Assembly (NCBI GenBank): GCA_976551045.1
Contig: CDPCPM010000017.1
Coordinates: 6,510,001 to 6,574,000 of the forward strand
Direction of reading: 5' to 3'
Length of the DNA: 64,000 nt
DNA from: Glaucostegus cemiculus
Taxonomy: Eukaryota
How positions within the stretch are numbered: position 1 is the first letter of the stretch; each line of letters starts with the position of its first letter. Shown here piece by piece: positions 12,001 to 27,000 of the stretch. Both the position numbers and the translations under genes were made by a program. The notes below the pieces were generated by a model that made no database searches, had not been told where the DNA came from, and saw nothing but the letters and a program-made list of their open reading frames with translations.

Positions 12001-15000
12001 ATGACATTATTGTCACTGAGTCTCCCACCATCAATATCCTGGCCCCTGACGACAACAAACTCATTTGAACCAGTCATACAAATACTGTGCTACAAGAACA
12101 AGTCAGAGGGTGGATAACCTGCTGTGTGCGACTCACCTCATGACATACAAAGATTTTTCACCATTCTTGAGGCACAAAGGTACCACTTACCTGGACAAAT
12201 GCAATCCCAAACATTTAAGAAACTTGATACCATAGAGAATAAAGTACCCCACCCACACCTAAACACTGAGTCCTTCCACCATCAGCACTCAGTGGCTACA
12301 GTATACACCATCTACGAAATGCACTGCAGTTACTCATCTTGGCCACTTCAACAGCACCTCCCAAATCCACAATTTCTGTTGGTAAAATGGATAAAGGCAG
12401 CAGAGGAGCACTACTACCTGCAGATTGCTCTCCAAGTCACACACTATCCTGCAGTTCTTTCAATGTCTCTGGATCCAAATCTGGAAATTCAACCCAAAAA
12501 TTTTATTAGAGGACTGTTATTGGAAGGTCTGCAGGAGTACAAGGAGGGGGCAGCTTGGGAATGACAATCAATATTGGGTTGCAAGAGGTGCCCACATCCT
12601 ACAAAGTGAATCGAAAAAAGATATTCAGTGGTCAATTAGTGACTAAACAAGTATTTTAGATGTTTAACTAGAGTTAACAATTCAGTACCAATGAAAGGTC
12701 ATAATCTGAAACAACTCCATTTCTCTCTCTTCAGATCCCGTCTCTTCCCTACGTACTTTTATTATCCCAAAGAGACTGATCAAACAAGAATACAATCACT
12801 GATTAACTAAGAATCTGACTCAAAAATGGAGCATTAAGATAATGATGATAGGAAATTAATTTATGTATCAGTAAGGCAATCTCTTTCTGTAATTTTGAAT
12901 ATTTACATCTATAATGCATTGACTTCTGCAGAATCACGCGGATTGCTAGATGAGAATTTCTTGTTAGGTTAAATCTGTAATTGCTGATTTGGTACAGAAA
13001 AAACCATTCTGTGGCTTTCCATATCAAGAGATTCTAAATGTTTGATTGCAAGAGAATTGTATCAAAAGAAAAGCACTGAGATTTCATGGAAGTTAATATC
13101 TGTGTCACTTCTAAGAGAAGACATTGAAGTGCATTTTTGTATTCTATATCCACAAATCCCAATATCTCATTTTCATTTAGGCCTTCATGGCTCTGTGCAT
13201 TCACTGGTCTCCAGCAGTCTGGAGGACACATCACACAACAGCATTGGTAAGTGGATCTTATTCTTTGGTTTAAAATTTCTACATTTTTGATCAAACATCT
13301 TTGAAGAATTGCTGCCACTATACTATCAAGTATTGTTATTTCTCCTCTGCCATCAGGGACCTGTTACACATGGGGGAAAGGAGCATTCCGGACTTTTCAG
13401 GATGATTTTTTCTACTTCACATCAAAGTGCAACTTTGTTCTGAGTCGTCAGTGCAAGGGCCCTGGAGAGGATTTTAACATACAGATTCGCAGAGGATCTA
13501 ATGGCAATCTGGATCATGTACACATGCAAATTGAAGGCATCTCTGTTATTATAGAAAACAAAACAATTACAGTGAAAGATATGATGCAAGTTATATTCAG
13601 ATAATCTATTGTGGGTTTATTTAGCAAATTTTAATTCAGATAGTTTTATTCTTTCATTGGTTATACTAGAATTTCATGTGAACACCAATGTTTAGGGAAT
13701 AACTATAATCAAGGTTGGGTGAGATCTAACTTGCCATTGAAGTACATGTAAAGCTATTTAAATGACACTAAGCCAAAAGCATAAAATGGATGTCCAGTAA
13801 TGCATATCATCCATGTTTATTGCTGAGAATGACTAAGGGAACTTTTTTATTTTAAACTGGATCAGATTCTCTTTCAGATCCAAATTAGTTACTGATTGCA
13901 CACTTTTGTTTTGCAGAATACAATTGCCCTATGATGACAAAATCATCACTGTGCAGAAACATGGAATTTACACGCGCTTTTCAAACAGAAAGCACACAAT
14001 TGCTCTGATCTGGAATCAGCATGATTCATTGTCGGTAAGACAAAAAATGGAATTTTCTGCTTCTGAAATTCTGTAACTTGCAACATTCAACAGGAATTGT
14101 GCATATTATGGTAACCAAATGGCCATTCTTCATGTTTCAAAGCAAAGGCCAAGGTTAGCAGTTATTTGAGAATCGAAGGTCTGGGTTTATTTTCCTCATC
14201 CACAGAAAAGCTGTGTGTAGTGACAACACTCCAGCAAACCACAGAGGAGGTTATTGAGTGATCCACTGTCAACCAGCATTAATGAACGTTAAGCAACTAA
14301 GATTGATTTTAGGCACAGAACTTGTATGTAACTATCCTTCGCTGACTATATTTCGCCTGAAGAAACTATTATGCTTTTATTGAGAAAAATTGCACCAGTT
14401 TCCGTTTCCTCTCCAGACACTTTTTTTTTGAGAAATTGACTATGTTTGCTGTATGACAGACATTTTCTGAGTCACACTCCTCTCTTCATCTCCATGCCAT
14501 GGGTTGATACAGCATTGGCAGAGTATTAACTTCCAAAAAGAAATCTCACAATAATGGAACAACAGCCTGTACTTATGCAGCACCATTAACATAGCAAAAT
14601 TTGAAACCAAGCTTCATAAGGAACTATTAGCCCAATGACATAGGTTTCAAAGAAATAGGTTCAATGGAGGATTTTCAGAGGAGGAGGGAAGGGTACAGAG
14701 GCTGGTTTATAAAGGAAATCCCAGAAATAAGGGACTTTGTAGTTGAAGCATCTGGTATTGATGTTGGAACAAGAAAAATAAGGGAATTATATCCTTTGCT
14801 TCAGTAATTCCAGTGTCTATCATTTTGGATAAACGCGTGAATGCAGCTCAATCATTGTAACGGCACAAATGATTACAGTGATACTTTTCAACTGGGTGAG
14901 GGTTACTTCTACTGGATTTCAATTACTTAAGTAAAGATTTTAATTTCCAAAGCATTGTTCATTGCATTGGGACATCCCAAAGAACTTGCTTTGTGCTTTT

Positions 15001-18000
15001 GAAATGCTGTCACACAAGAAATGGAGACAGTCACTTTGTGCTCAGTCAGCTCTCACAGATGGTAAGGAGTTAATTGTTAGGGAAAGGTATTCCCCACAAA
15101 AAATGTATTTGCTCTTCCTAAAAGTACTGCTGTGGAATCCTTAACACTGCATGAGAGAACAGATGAACCTCAGTTTATTGTTTCATTCGAAGAACTTCTA
15201 ACAGTGCAGCACTGCCTCAGAAGTGGATTGGAGTATCAGCCTGGAATTTAAGCTTACGTCTGTTACATCTGGAAATGACGTTGTCCAGAAGGTTCTTCAA
15301 AGGTCAAAGTCACAGCCGTTTTATTAGATATTCATCAAGGTACAGGTCAGATAGTGTCAGCTTGTACCAGCAAGCAAGGCAAGTAAAACAAAGTAACAAA
15401 GAACCTGCCCCCGTGCTCTCGCTTGTAACTGCAAACTGGTCTAAACTGGTTAGATTAAGGAATCTTCTAGTAACAGCCTGTAAAAAGGTACTGTCTGAGT
15501 TGTACTTCAGTTTTACAGACAAGAAACTCCAGAAGTATAGAGCCAAATATACAACAAATTACTAAAGATTTACAGACAACAGGTAATTCTACCAACAAAT
15601 AAGCAAGCATAAAGAAAGCTTAAACTACAAATCAAACAAGAAAAACAACAATCTGGACCCTAATCCAACACATCTTTGGAGTGGGACTTGAACTCACAAC
15701 CTGATGATTCAGATGCAGAAATACTACTGCTAAGGGACAGCAGTCAATTTTCAGTTCGGTGCACAATTAGTTTTATGATTTAGCTTATCATCAAGCAATT
15801 ATTTGAATTTAAACACATATCACTGGTACGTAAAGTGATGAATACAAATAGTAGTTCATTGACATATTTCCAGAAGGGTATCAGTTACCATAACATATTC
15901 ATAATATATTTAGAGTCTCAACTTTTATCGACAGGTAACCCTGGATACCAAGTACAAAAACAAAACATGTGGCTTATGTGGGAATTTTCAAGAACAAATG
16001 GAAATCAATTCTGGTAATTAAAGCTGTTAAGATGTTAAAGAGTTAAACCACACTTTGGTACTGCACTCAAATCTCCAGTGATGGAATCACAGTGAGCAAT
16101 GGGATAAGCTGTACCGAAGGACTAAGATGCTGCAAAATGTAATGCAGGATGTGTTATTCTGATAAAGTATCAGTGTACAATAGAATTACAAGCAATCAAC
16201 AAGTGGAATTGAAGTCCAGTGGGGGGGACAACAAAAGACAAATTAAAAGTAACATTTGCCTTAAAACTCAAAGAAAAAACAAGGCGGCAAGGAATGTTTT
16301 CAGGAATGGAATTTACTTTTGCACATTGAAAAAACGTGCACGAGCATTCCAGTAAAATAACAATGTGCGTTAACCTGGACAGAACCGATTATGAGCATGG
16401 ATCTAGAATTGATAGTGGCCACAAGCTGATACAATAGTATAACATAGTGACGCTGCTTCGACAGGAAATTATACATTATAATAATATAGCATGGAAGCTG
16501 GCCCTTCAGCCCAACGCAACCATGCTGACTATGGTGCCCACTTGCCATATCCCTCTAAACCCCTCCAATCCATGTACTTATCCAAATGTCTTTTGAACGC
16601 TGTTAGTATACCTGCCTCAATCACTTTCTCTGACAGCTCATTCCATATACGCTCCACCCACTGCACAAAGAGGTTGCCCCTCAGGTCCCATCTTTCACCT
16701 CTCACCTTAAACCTATGCCCTCTAGTTTTTATTTTCCTTTCTGTGGGAAAAACACCATGACCCTCAGGACTTTATACACCTCCAAGGTCATCCCTCAATC
16801 TCCTACACTCTAAGAAATAAAATCATAGTCTGCCCAGCCTCTCCCTATAACTCAGGCCCTCGAGTCCTGGCAGCGTCCTCGCAAATCTTTTATGCGCTCA
16901 TTCTGGTATAATCATGTTCAGCACAGCTTTGTGGGCCGAAGGGCCTGAATTGTGCTGCAGGTTTTCTATGTTTCTATGTCTTTTACACAGGGCCCAACCA
17001 TTCACTGTACAAGTCCTACCCTCATTTGAGTTCTCAAAATGCAACACTTCCTACTTATCCAAATGTTTCATACATAATAAATGATAAAGTGAAAATAATT
17101 GGTTAACATTTCCTCATCTAACAGTGCTTTTCGCATTTTAGAGATTTGTAGCACCTGGCATCTCATAATATATTTCCCTTCTTGGTCCATGCAGATTCTC
17201 CTGATGCTTTAAACAACATTATTGTTGCCAATCAGCTGGATGTTCTGGGCCATGTTTGTGTTAATGATAATCCTACACTTTCAACATGCACAGCAGCTAT
17301 GGTAAGGTTTGAAAATCAAAAACGCTACTAAACAATTGCTTCCAGAAATGATAAACATTTTTTTCATTTCTGACTCTGTTTCTAATGATGAATATATTAG
17401 AGTGAATAGTCAAGCAACATCTTTATCCCAGATTGGAGATGTCTGGATGTGAATGAGTCAACTGGAAAGTAATAACAATCCGATAACTTTCATGGTCATT
17501 CTGTCTGATGCTTGTCAATCTTCAAAGAGTCAATAAACATTTTGTAGGAGAATCCATTGCTGGAAGGTTCAACAGCACACAAGGCTCAAGGCATCATGCT
17601 TTGGTACCTTGCACACTCACATGCTTTCCTTTGCATGTTTAAGCACAGAAGGAGTCAGAGATTGGGGCAAATGAATGGGCAGGGGATCTGTGTTGTGGCT
17701 TTGGTGATCTGGGGTAGAGCATGAAGTTCCGGTCACCAGTTAGGGGTTACAATTGGTGGTCATGATAATGTGGGGCTCATGGCCATTGGATAGATTGGGT
17801 GGGGAGAGTCGTCTGTGCAGGGAGCAAGTGGGCTGTATGGTGCTGGGGGGTCAATTGAGCAGCAGATTGCTGTCTCAGGGTTGTCATGTAAGAATTGCTA
17901 TCTCTGGTCTGAGGTGGGAAATGGGTTGCTTCCCTGGGGTAGTTAGATAAGTTAATTACTGGAAGGGACCGATCCGAGCTGAGTTCCCAGCACCAACCTT

Positions 18001-21000
18001 GGACCTACTTTAAAGAAACACAGAAGTTGGCCAAACAGGTACAGTTAAAGCTTCCCTCAGCATGTGTGACCCATGGATAGCACAGGCCATCAATATATTA
18101 TTTTAAAACCCAGATTGCCATAAAAACATTATATATTGTTGATTTACCACTGCACACAACCAGGTTCCTATGTGTTAGGTGTCATAAATACACAGGACCT
18201 AGGGTGAAAAAAATACAGACTTTGTGAACCACATGACAAGTCTTCAGTTTTTACTGAAACTGAATCATATAGCGCACTAAAAGTGCAGCTGTGCAATCAA
18301 ATCTCTAAGCAATGGTACTCAGGCGTGGCTTGGTAACTTTACACCATGTTAATGCCATCAAAGGGTGCTGCCATAAGGAGAGAACTATGTTTAGATGCAC
18401 AGGAAGCACAAGGAAGTCATCAGTCTGTTCAGTCAGAACTTCTCCACACAAGTGACTCTCAGTTACCACTCCTAAATTCCAAGATGCACTCTCCCAAGTT
18501 TTCCCTATCCCTGAACTACCAGCAAAAGTCCAAAGATTCTCATTAATCCCAAAGCCCTGTCACAAAACCAATACCGTCACTACCTGACAGTCCAAGCACA
18601 ACTCCAAATAAATGCATACCCATGACTAGGTTGTAATTTCCTCAGTACTGTTCAACCTCTTCCATAGTGTCTTGAGGTTTAGCAGGAATCCTGTTTCGCA
18701 TAAAAGAAGTCATCATGATGATGCAGAAAACTTCCGAGGAAATTTCAAGTCTTTTTGTAACAAAAGCTGAATATCAGCAATGTCAACCAGATGCATATCT
18801 GTGTCCCCTGTTCTTTAATTTCATTCTTCTCTTCCTGTGGTAGCCAAACACATCAATCATTGACCACTTTCAGGTAAAACAAAGGTCAAAAACCAGAGGA
18901 ACCATTGAACATTTTACGCCTGGGCAATGAGTATTTTACTCCTGATGACCAGGCCCTTAATCAGCCACATCTCAAAGTTCATTTTAAAATCCAGAGAGAG
19001 ACTGGGAACAAAGCAGTTGGTGAAGCATGAAGTGGGACTCTGTGAAGTAGGTCACTCTGACATTCGCTTAGTGTTGATGTGGGAGCATGGCTGAGGCAGC
19101 TTTTCAGCCCTGTGAACATCCCACTATCCCTGAGCACAGAAAAAGCAGATGTTCTGATACAAACAGACATCTTGGAGCACTGTGGACCACAGACAGTATG
19201 GTTAATTGTAAAAGCATGAATGGACGCCCTTACGATCGTGGACGAGGTAGCTAAGGTGATCATGGAATGGTGTCAGAAAAACTTTGAAGAAACATGCACA
19301 CATAAGGAAACAAGTGGACCTGTAGCCAAACAATTGGTTTTAAAATCAAAGTAATGGCCAGGAAGTGTGCAAGGAAATAGATGAAAAGCTGACTCACAGG
19401 ATAACCAACAGGGACAGCTCCAGAGAATAATCAGCATGGAAAGAATCTCCAAGTCAGGGACTCACAGAAGAACTTGCCTAGTCTAAGCCCGGCTAGGTTC
19501 ATCTAGAGCAGGTAGTATCTAAATATGAGTAGTGAGTTTTGGAAGTTGTGAAACTGAAGGAAAGAGTTGGGTAACTAAAGAGTTAATGAATCTTGCTTGA
19601 AACTACATAGTGAATCTGAGTTTTCTGGAACTAATCACCATTAATAAAGTATAGTTAGTAGTCATTGAATGGTATGTTTTATCATGTGCTGCAATTAATT
19701 GGCATCAACACTCAAGATCCCAAGTTTTTGAGTTTGGATTAGATGAACAGTAACAAATCACAGCAATATAATAAACTAATTTGTTGTATATTACTTTTAA
19801 AGATATGTGTTGGTGAGTTCTTCATTACACTGACTGGAAGGGACCACTTCAATGTCACTAAATGCTGAAACCATAGAATGAAGGACAAGGCAGTGGTTTC
19901 TGATTCTCGCTTATGCTTTTCCATTTTCAGAGCTGCCTGCCTCCCATATCAATGTACTTTTCCATATGTCTTGAGAAACCTTCCCTTACTACAGGGTACC
20001 TAGAATTATGTAAGAAGGATGTCTGTGCTCGTGGAAATAAGCAAGAGTATGCGTGTGCCACTTTCGAAGAGCTATCAAGGCAATGTACAAATCTCCCAGT
20101 AACAAGGTAATTATTTCATTAAATGGTCAATTGTTAGTATGTCAAAGTTGAGAGTGTGATGTTACAATGGCCATCACTTGCATCGAGAAATGTTGTTACT
20201 GTTGCCAGAATTGTTACAATCTTTGATGGCATTGTCATGAGAAAGTTAATTAATTTTCTCCAAAAGTATTTTTTCCTTTCCATCTCTTAAGGTGGTGACT
20301 TGTGTGTTGTTAAGCCCATCTTCCAGAGGCTTAGGATGTCATAGAGTAACATAACACAATACGGTGCTGACAAAGATGCCCATCTAAGCTAGTCCCAAGT
20401 CATATCTGTAATTGATCTGTATCCTGCTATATCCTTTGTCCACAACTCCACCAATTGTTGTGTCACTTACAAACTTACTAACCCACCCATCTACATTTCC
20501 ATCCAAACAGAGGTCCCAGCACTGATCCCTGCAGAACACCACTGGTCACGGACCTCTGGCTAGAATAACACTTTTCCACCACTACCCTCTGTCTTCTATG
20601 AGCAAGCCAATATTGAATTCACTTGCATACATGTCAACATCCATATGTCAGACCCCCTTGCTACTGACCACATGCTAGATGGCGTACAACTACAATCTCA
20701 TGTTAAAAGAAGCCATGCAAGTGTCATCCACTCTGCATCATGATACTCAGGACCTGGAATGGTCAGGAACCCAGATGCTTCGACATTGACATCACAGCCT
20801 TGAAAGAGACACAATGGGCAGGAGTCGGCCAGTGTAAAGAACAAGGTGGTGGGTACATCTTCCATTAGAGGGTCAAATCTGAAGACGATCACTGTCTTCA
20901 CAGGGTGGTTTTTACTATCAAGAATGACGTAGACTAGGTCTCAATAATTATCCCGTAAGATAAGTGAGCTCTTCTTCAAACTCCAGTTCATTTCTTGAAT

Positions 21001-24000
21001 GGAACTGGCACATGGGCTCATCAGTACTGAAGCCCCACCCAGCAAAAGGACTTCCATACCAATGTTAGAATAAAAATCCTGGGCCTTATCCCAGAACGAG
21101 ACAAAGTGTTCCTCCTGGATAGCCTCAAAACTCGTGTCAGAAAGGACACAAAGCTTTTGAAATTGCAGTGGGACCAGTCCTGAAACCTGTGCAATAATCA
21201 TTTCCTTAAAACCTTTGAGAAACAATGAAATGATCATGTATAAATGATAGAAATAACAAAGTTCACATAAAGAAAAATCACTTTTGTTATGTGACTCATT
21301 TATTAAAAGTCCTTAATTGTTTATAGTGATCCTGAAATCAGCTTGCAGGAAATTTGGAAACAATGGAGATCAAAAGTTACCTGTGGTAAGAGATAAATCA
21401 ATAAACATGTAATGAAAATGTTGAAAAATCTAATCCCATTCTTGAATTATTCTGAGATTTACACTAATGCTTAACTTGTTTAATCAGTAAACCCTGGTTG
21501 TCCTGAAAATCAACTCTACAAGGAATGTGGTGCTCTGTGCGTCCCCTCCTGCTCTGACCCAGAAACACAACAACAATGTGATAAGTGTGTGAATACATGC
21601 GAATGCCCTGAAGGTAACTACTGTATATAAGCAAATCAGTATGCAGTCGTTCATTATGACACACAAATCAAGTACCCTGTTGAAGGAATATTCCAATTTT
21701 ACAGATCTTGTCCTTTCATTAAACTATGGTCCATTGGTCTGTTTTGTTGAATAGTCAGGTCTGTCAGAAGGACATTATCACTCAAAATAGACTGCACTGT
21801 TGCCAAGTATACACTGAATTTAACTAAAGTACAGCCAACACCACTTATGTTGAGCCAATTGGTATCAACATCACATTCTCTTTGAAGACAGCAGACAATC
21901 CAACCGGGAAATCACATGAAAATTGGTATGGTGATTAAAGACAGGACGAGAGAATACAGTCTGTGATTTCAAAAAAAGGTTCAGAAAACTTACCTTTGGG
22001 GTCAGTCCCCACTTTTACTTCATACTATAAGTTTTAAGTTCAGCACAAAAACAGTGTTGCAACTTATCAAAAATTGATGGGCGTATTAACTATAAAATAG
22101 TCTTGAAGCTTTGATAAATTGTAAATTCATTCAAATCTGCTCTCTATCGCAATAACAACTGTCACAATCATTGTTATTCTAAGTGAAAGCCACATTCTTT
22201 GTTCTGCAAAGATGCACTTAGTTACTTATTTTTATCCTACCTCAGGGACTGTCCTCGATGACATAAGAGGCACAGGTCGGTGCATCAACAAAAAGGCATG
22301 TCCTTGTGAATACGATGGAAAGATTTATGAACCTGGGAAAATAAGAAACACTTCTTGTCATATATGGTAATGATTTCAACTCTCAGCCTTTTGATATAAA
22401 ATTTTTGAATTATTTAGCTATCTTTCTGATGGTTGCATTTTTCTTGTCAGTATTTGTCGGAGTGGAATGTGGAACTGCTCAGATGTCAGCTGCCCTGGAA
22501 GATGCAAAATTGAAGAAGGATCTCACTTTACAACATTTGATAATAAATATTACACAATGAAAGGAGATTGCTCTTACTATGCTGCTGTTGTACGTAGATC
22601 TCATTGCACGTACTATTAGGGAGAGACTAGAATAAATCAAGAGTGTGATGTGTCCAAAATTAGGTTTTCTGTGTAATTTTGCACAGTTTTGATTATTGAG
22701 GGGAGCTGGGGCATACCCTTTAAGCAACAAAAGGGGGTAGCTTTATTATTTCTGAATTTTCAGTGCTGACAGGGATTTAAAAAAATCACATCTCCAGTCC
22801 ATTTGTATTTAACAACTGAAAACTTAAAGTATGCATTAAGTTATTCTAAATTAATCACGTACAATTGCACTAAAATGCATTTTATAAAAGCAAGGTAAAA
22901 GTGATTTATAAGCTAAATCATATAAATTCAACTAAGCTGTTGGAATTCAGGTTAGTTCAGATTCTGGCATCAATAATATATCAATTCACGTGTCAGTTTC
23001 ACAGACTACAGATTTGTGTGTTCTATTGTTTTATCCACAGACAAATGCATGGATTATCATGATTGAAGTGAGGCCATGTCAAATTGCATTGAAAGAGACA
23101 TGTTTACACCATGTGGTACTCACCAACCAGCAGGTGAGAATGTATAATGTTACTTATTCATATCCTTTCTGTTTGTGATGTATTTAAACCAGAAATTACA
23201 CTAGAAATGTTCCTTTCTTTTCTGTTTTGTGTAGATTCATTATACATTCACTAGTGATGGTAACGTTTACTCTGAAGGGAATAAAGTTGGACTTCCCCTG
23301 AGAAAAGGTAAAAAAAAATCTTGTTCCATTTACTAAATAAATAACAACAAAACTAACAAAATTATTTTTCTTTTTACAGATGATATAATAATATTTCAAC
23401 AGTCTTCCATGTTCCTCCAAGTGGCAACTAAATTTGGGCTGAAAATGCAAGTGCAAACATCTCCCATCATGCAGCTTTACATCTCACTGCCTGAAGCTTT
23501 GCAGGGTCACACAAGAGGTGATGCATTTAATTCTTGCAAAATATATCTGCCTGCTAAATCAATTTATAAAATTAATGCTGATGGAATACATGGAAAGAGC
23601 CTTGGGCTGTGCTCTAGATGTATGCTATTCATTCTTCCCTTTGGATTGTGCATTTATGCAACATGATATTTAAGAGTCAGTTCTGTCACATTCTCTCACT
23701 CTTGCTTCCCCCCACCTCCCTCACTACTTTCAGGCACCTGTTAGTTTTCTTATACTTTGGATTAATTTGTGCAATGTGTAAAATAATTATTAATTTGGTG
23801 ATACAAATGCAATGATTATTTAATGCATACTGTATGAACAGTAAATTGCTGTGTTTTAATGTATTACATGTTAAAATTTCATATAAACTTGAATTATTAA
23901 ACATCTGACAAAAACCAGAAGGTACCAGAAAAAAAGCAAATATATTTTATTAATCAGTAAAACAGGTGGAAATTTTGCATAAGGCCTCACAAACACCTCA

Positions 24001-27000
24001 TAGATAATGACCAGGTTACTTCTTTTACTTTATTATATTGTTGGCTGAAGAATAAATTTTGCCCAGGATGGTTATAACCTGCTCTCCTCTTCTTTGAAAA
24101 AGAACCATGAAATTGTTTGCTTTTACCCCAGACCCTTGGTTTCAATGTCTCAGTTAAACACATTATGTTTGATGGTAAGGTCTTGTATTGATACAGTAGC
24201 ACAATGGAAGACATTTTAAAAGTTGGATTAGAATCTGTAACCTTTCAACCCAACGGCAAGTGTCCTATGAACTAAAGCCTGGTTGAAATCAGAGCCAACA
24301 GCAAGTGGTACAAGTTAATGTTGTGATCACTTTAGCATGGAATCAGATTAAAAGACATGTTAATATTTTATTCTAATAATGCATATTTTCTACTTCACAG
24401 GTCTATGTGGCACCTTTAATGGCAATGCAAATGATGACTACTTATCTGCATATAACATTGTGGAAGATGCTCCTCTTACTTTTGCTAATTCTTGGGCTGC
24501 TGAAAACAACTGCCCTCCATCAAGCATACCTGATCCATGTATTAGTTCAGAAAATGGTAATATAACAAAGGATATTGCCTTTTAAATCATAGAAAAATAT
24601 TTATTCAGTTGCATTATTTTAAAAAAGATCTTGGCCAATTTCTCTCCCACACTGAAATTAAAGCATTCTACTGACACCTTGAGGTCTGAATAGGTAGTGA
24701 CAAGCCTTGCCTGTCTTACTTAAATTTGTCATCCTTCAATATTTAGTTCATAAAATTCTCTCCCACTATCTTATTTGCATAAACTTTTTCATTCAAATTA
24801 TTTCCTGTCTGATTAATTTGATACAAAAGATGAGATTAGTTATATCCCAGTTTCCTAGCTTTCCTCAGCAAATATGTAACTGGCTGGTCAAACAGAAAAT
24901 TCTTAGTGTCATTATCCATAAGTTATTGCACGTAAGGAATTTCATCATCATCTTAAGTTGCATTACATCAATTTATCACAAAATATACAAGTATTTCCAA
25001 TACTTGAAAATTAGCAAATAATGTTTTCAGATTACCAATTAATTTTGTCACCAAAATCTGAAGGAAATTAAACAAACGTGAAGATTTTAAAAGAAAAATA
25101 GTTTTTGCTTGACAAATTTTAGGTGGTAGCTGTCTTTAGTTTTGCTAATTCTTTAAAGCATACTTGACCCATGCATGAGTTCAGAAAACAGTAATATAAC
25201 AAAGGGTATTACTATTATTTTAAAAAAAAATTTTTTACAGCGTGGTAACAGGCCCTTTCGGCCCAACAAGTCCACGCCGCCCATTTTAAACCCCCAAATT
25301 AACCTACCCGTACGTCTTTTGGAATGTGGGAGGCAACTGGAGCACCCAGAGGAAACCCACACAGACACGGGAGAAAGTACAAACTCCTTACAGTCAGCGA
25401 AAGGAATCAAACCCCGATTCCTAGCGCTGTAACAGTGTTGTGCTAACCGCTACGCTATCATGCCGCCCTTCAACAATATTGCCTTTCAACAATAGAAACA
25501 AAGGAATTTATTTGTTTCTATTGAAGACAGAATTTCTGGCTTTAAATTATGAACTTGTCTGCGTGCCACGACAAGCTCTCTATCATTGGCTAATCTGATG
25601 TCATCTGAAGGATACATCTGATTCTGACTCTCCATGAGTCAGGCCAAAGGATATTGACTGCCCTGGGAATTTCATTTAATTCTGTCCAAGGAGAAATCTA
25701 ACCAGCACACTCCCAAAGTAAAAGAAATGAACCCAAAGCAGACATAGCAATTTCAGCAAAAGTCTCACAACCCGCATTGGACCCATAAAGGTAAATTTGA
25801 TGGCCTCTCCAAGACCCACCTCTCAATTGTTAAAACAACATGGAAATATTCTGGCACCCCAATCTGCTGGGCAGTACAGGGTAGGAGCTACTTTGTCTCA
25901 GTTTTATGCAAGTGACGCCATCAAGGAAACATGGCCCAAGTTTTCCCATTTCTCCTGCCTCTGTGATGACCTCATTGAAATTTCAGACTCTGAGCTGTTG
26001 TCCATGACATTGTTCAAAACTAAAAATAAATAGAAAAAAAGTACAAAGATGTTGGGAAATCCAGGCGGTTAGAAGTGGTAGAGTAACCGCTGGACATGTG
26101 ACATTCTGAAATAGGTTTGAGAACAGGTGCTGAATTTGGTAGAATGAGTGTTGCCACTGAACAATTCAGTTATCTGGGAAGGAACGTTGGTTTTGATGTG
26201 CAAGTTGTGCTGCTTGTTTGTGTTGTCTTTTGCCTGCAACACTGCAGAATGAAAAAGTGGGATGGGTGTACAGGGCAAAAGAAACAAGAAGCTTACTGGA
26301 GATTATAGAAAGGAGAAAAACTAAGGGCAATCATTGCAGGACATTGTGGAAGTGTGTGATGAGAACCGTAGGCAGGAAAAATCCTGGAAAAGAGACGAAA
26401 CTCAGGTGGCAGTCATTAACGGGAAGAGAAAAGAAACATTAGAGTTCAGAAGGGAGGAGCAAATTGAGTAGAACGTTTTATTACTGGAGATGGCACTCGT
26501 GAGCTTAGGGAGAAAGAAGTAAGAGCACAGCTCGGGAAGTTTTGAGAGATCAGTATCAACATGTGAAATACAGAGTGGGTGTCAAGTCATGCTTGGGATC
26601 AGAGACGAGGTCGTCTTAAGATGTGGGGTTAGAGGGAAATAGATGTATGCTCCTTATGTCCCCAAATTCTCCATTCTCTGCTTTATGATTTTGAAAAGTC
26701 CTTTTGTGTCTAATTAAATCAACATCTGTCCAATCACAAACTTTAGTTATTATTCACAGAAGAAATTATGATTTGCAAGCGGACATTTCTTCTTCACATT
26801 TCTAGGGGTTTTCTATGGAAAGAGAAAATTTCACATCATAACTTGCATTGCAAATGGGAGCTGGAACTAAACAGATCCTTTAAAGTCTGTGAAGCCAAGT
26901 CCATTGTGTTACAGGCCAATTTCTATAATAAACGTTAGCATGAACATTTAGAAGGGAAAGTAACTAACCAAAAATTGTGCCAAAAGCACAACACCAGAAA

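Noticed and set aside
20698-21237. Minus-strand ORFs in intron 7
   Set aside because: No motif I can assign; probably decayed TE sequence next to CR1 fragments.
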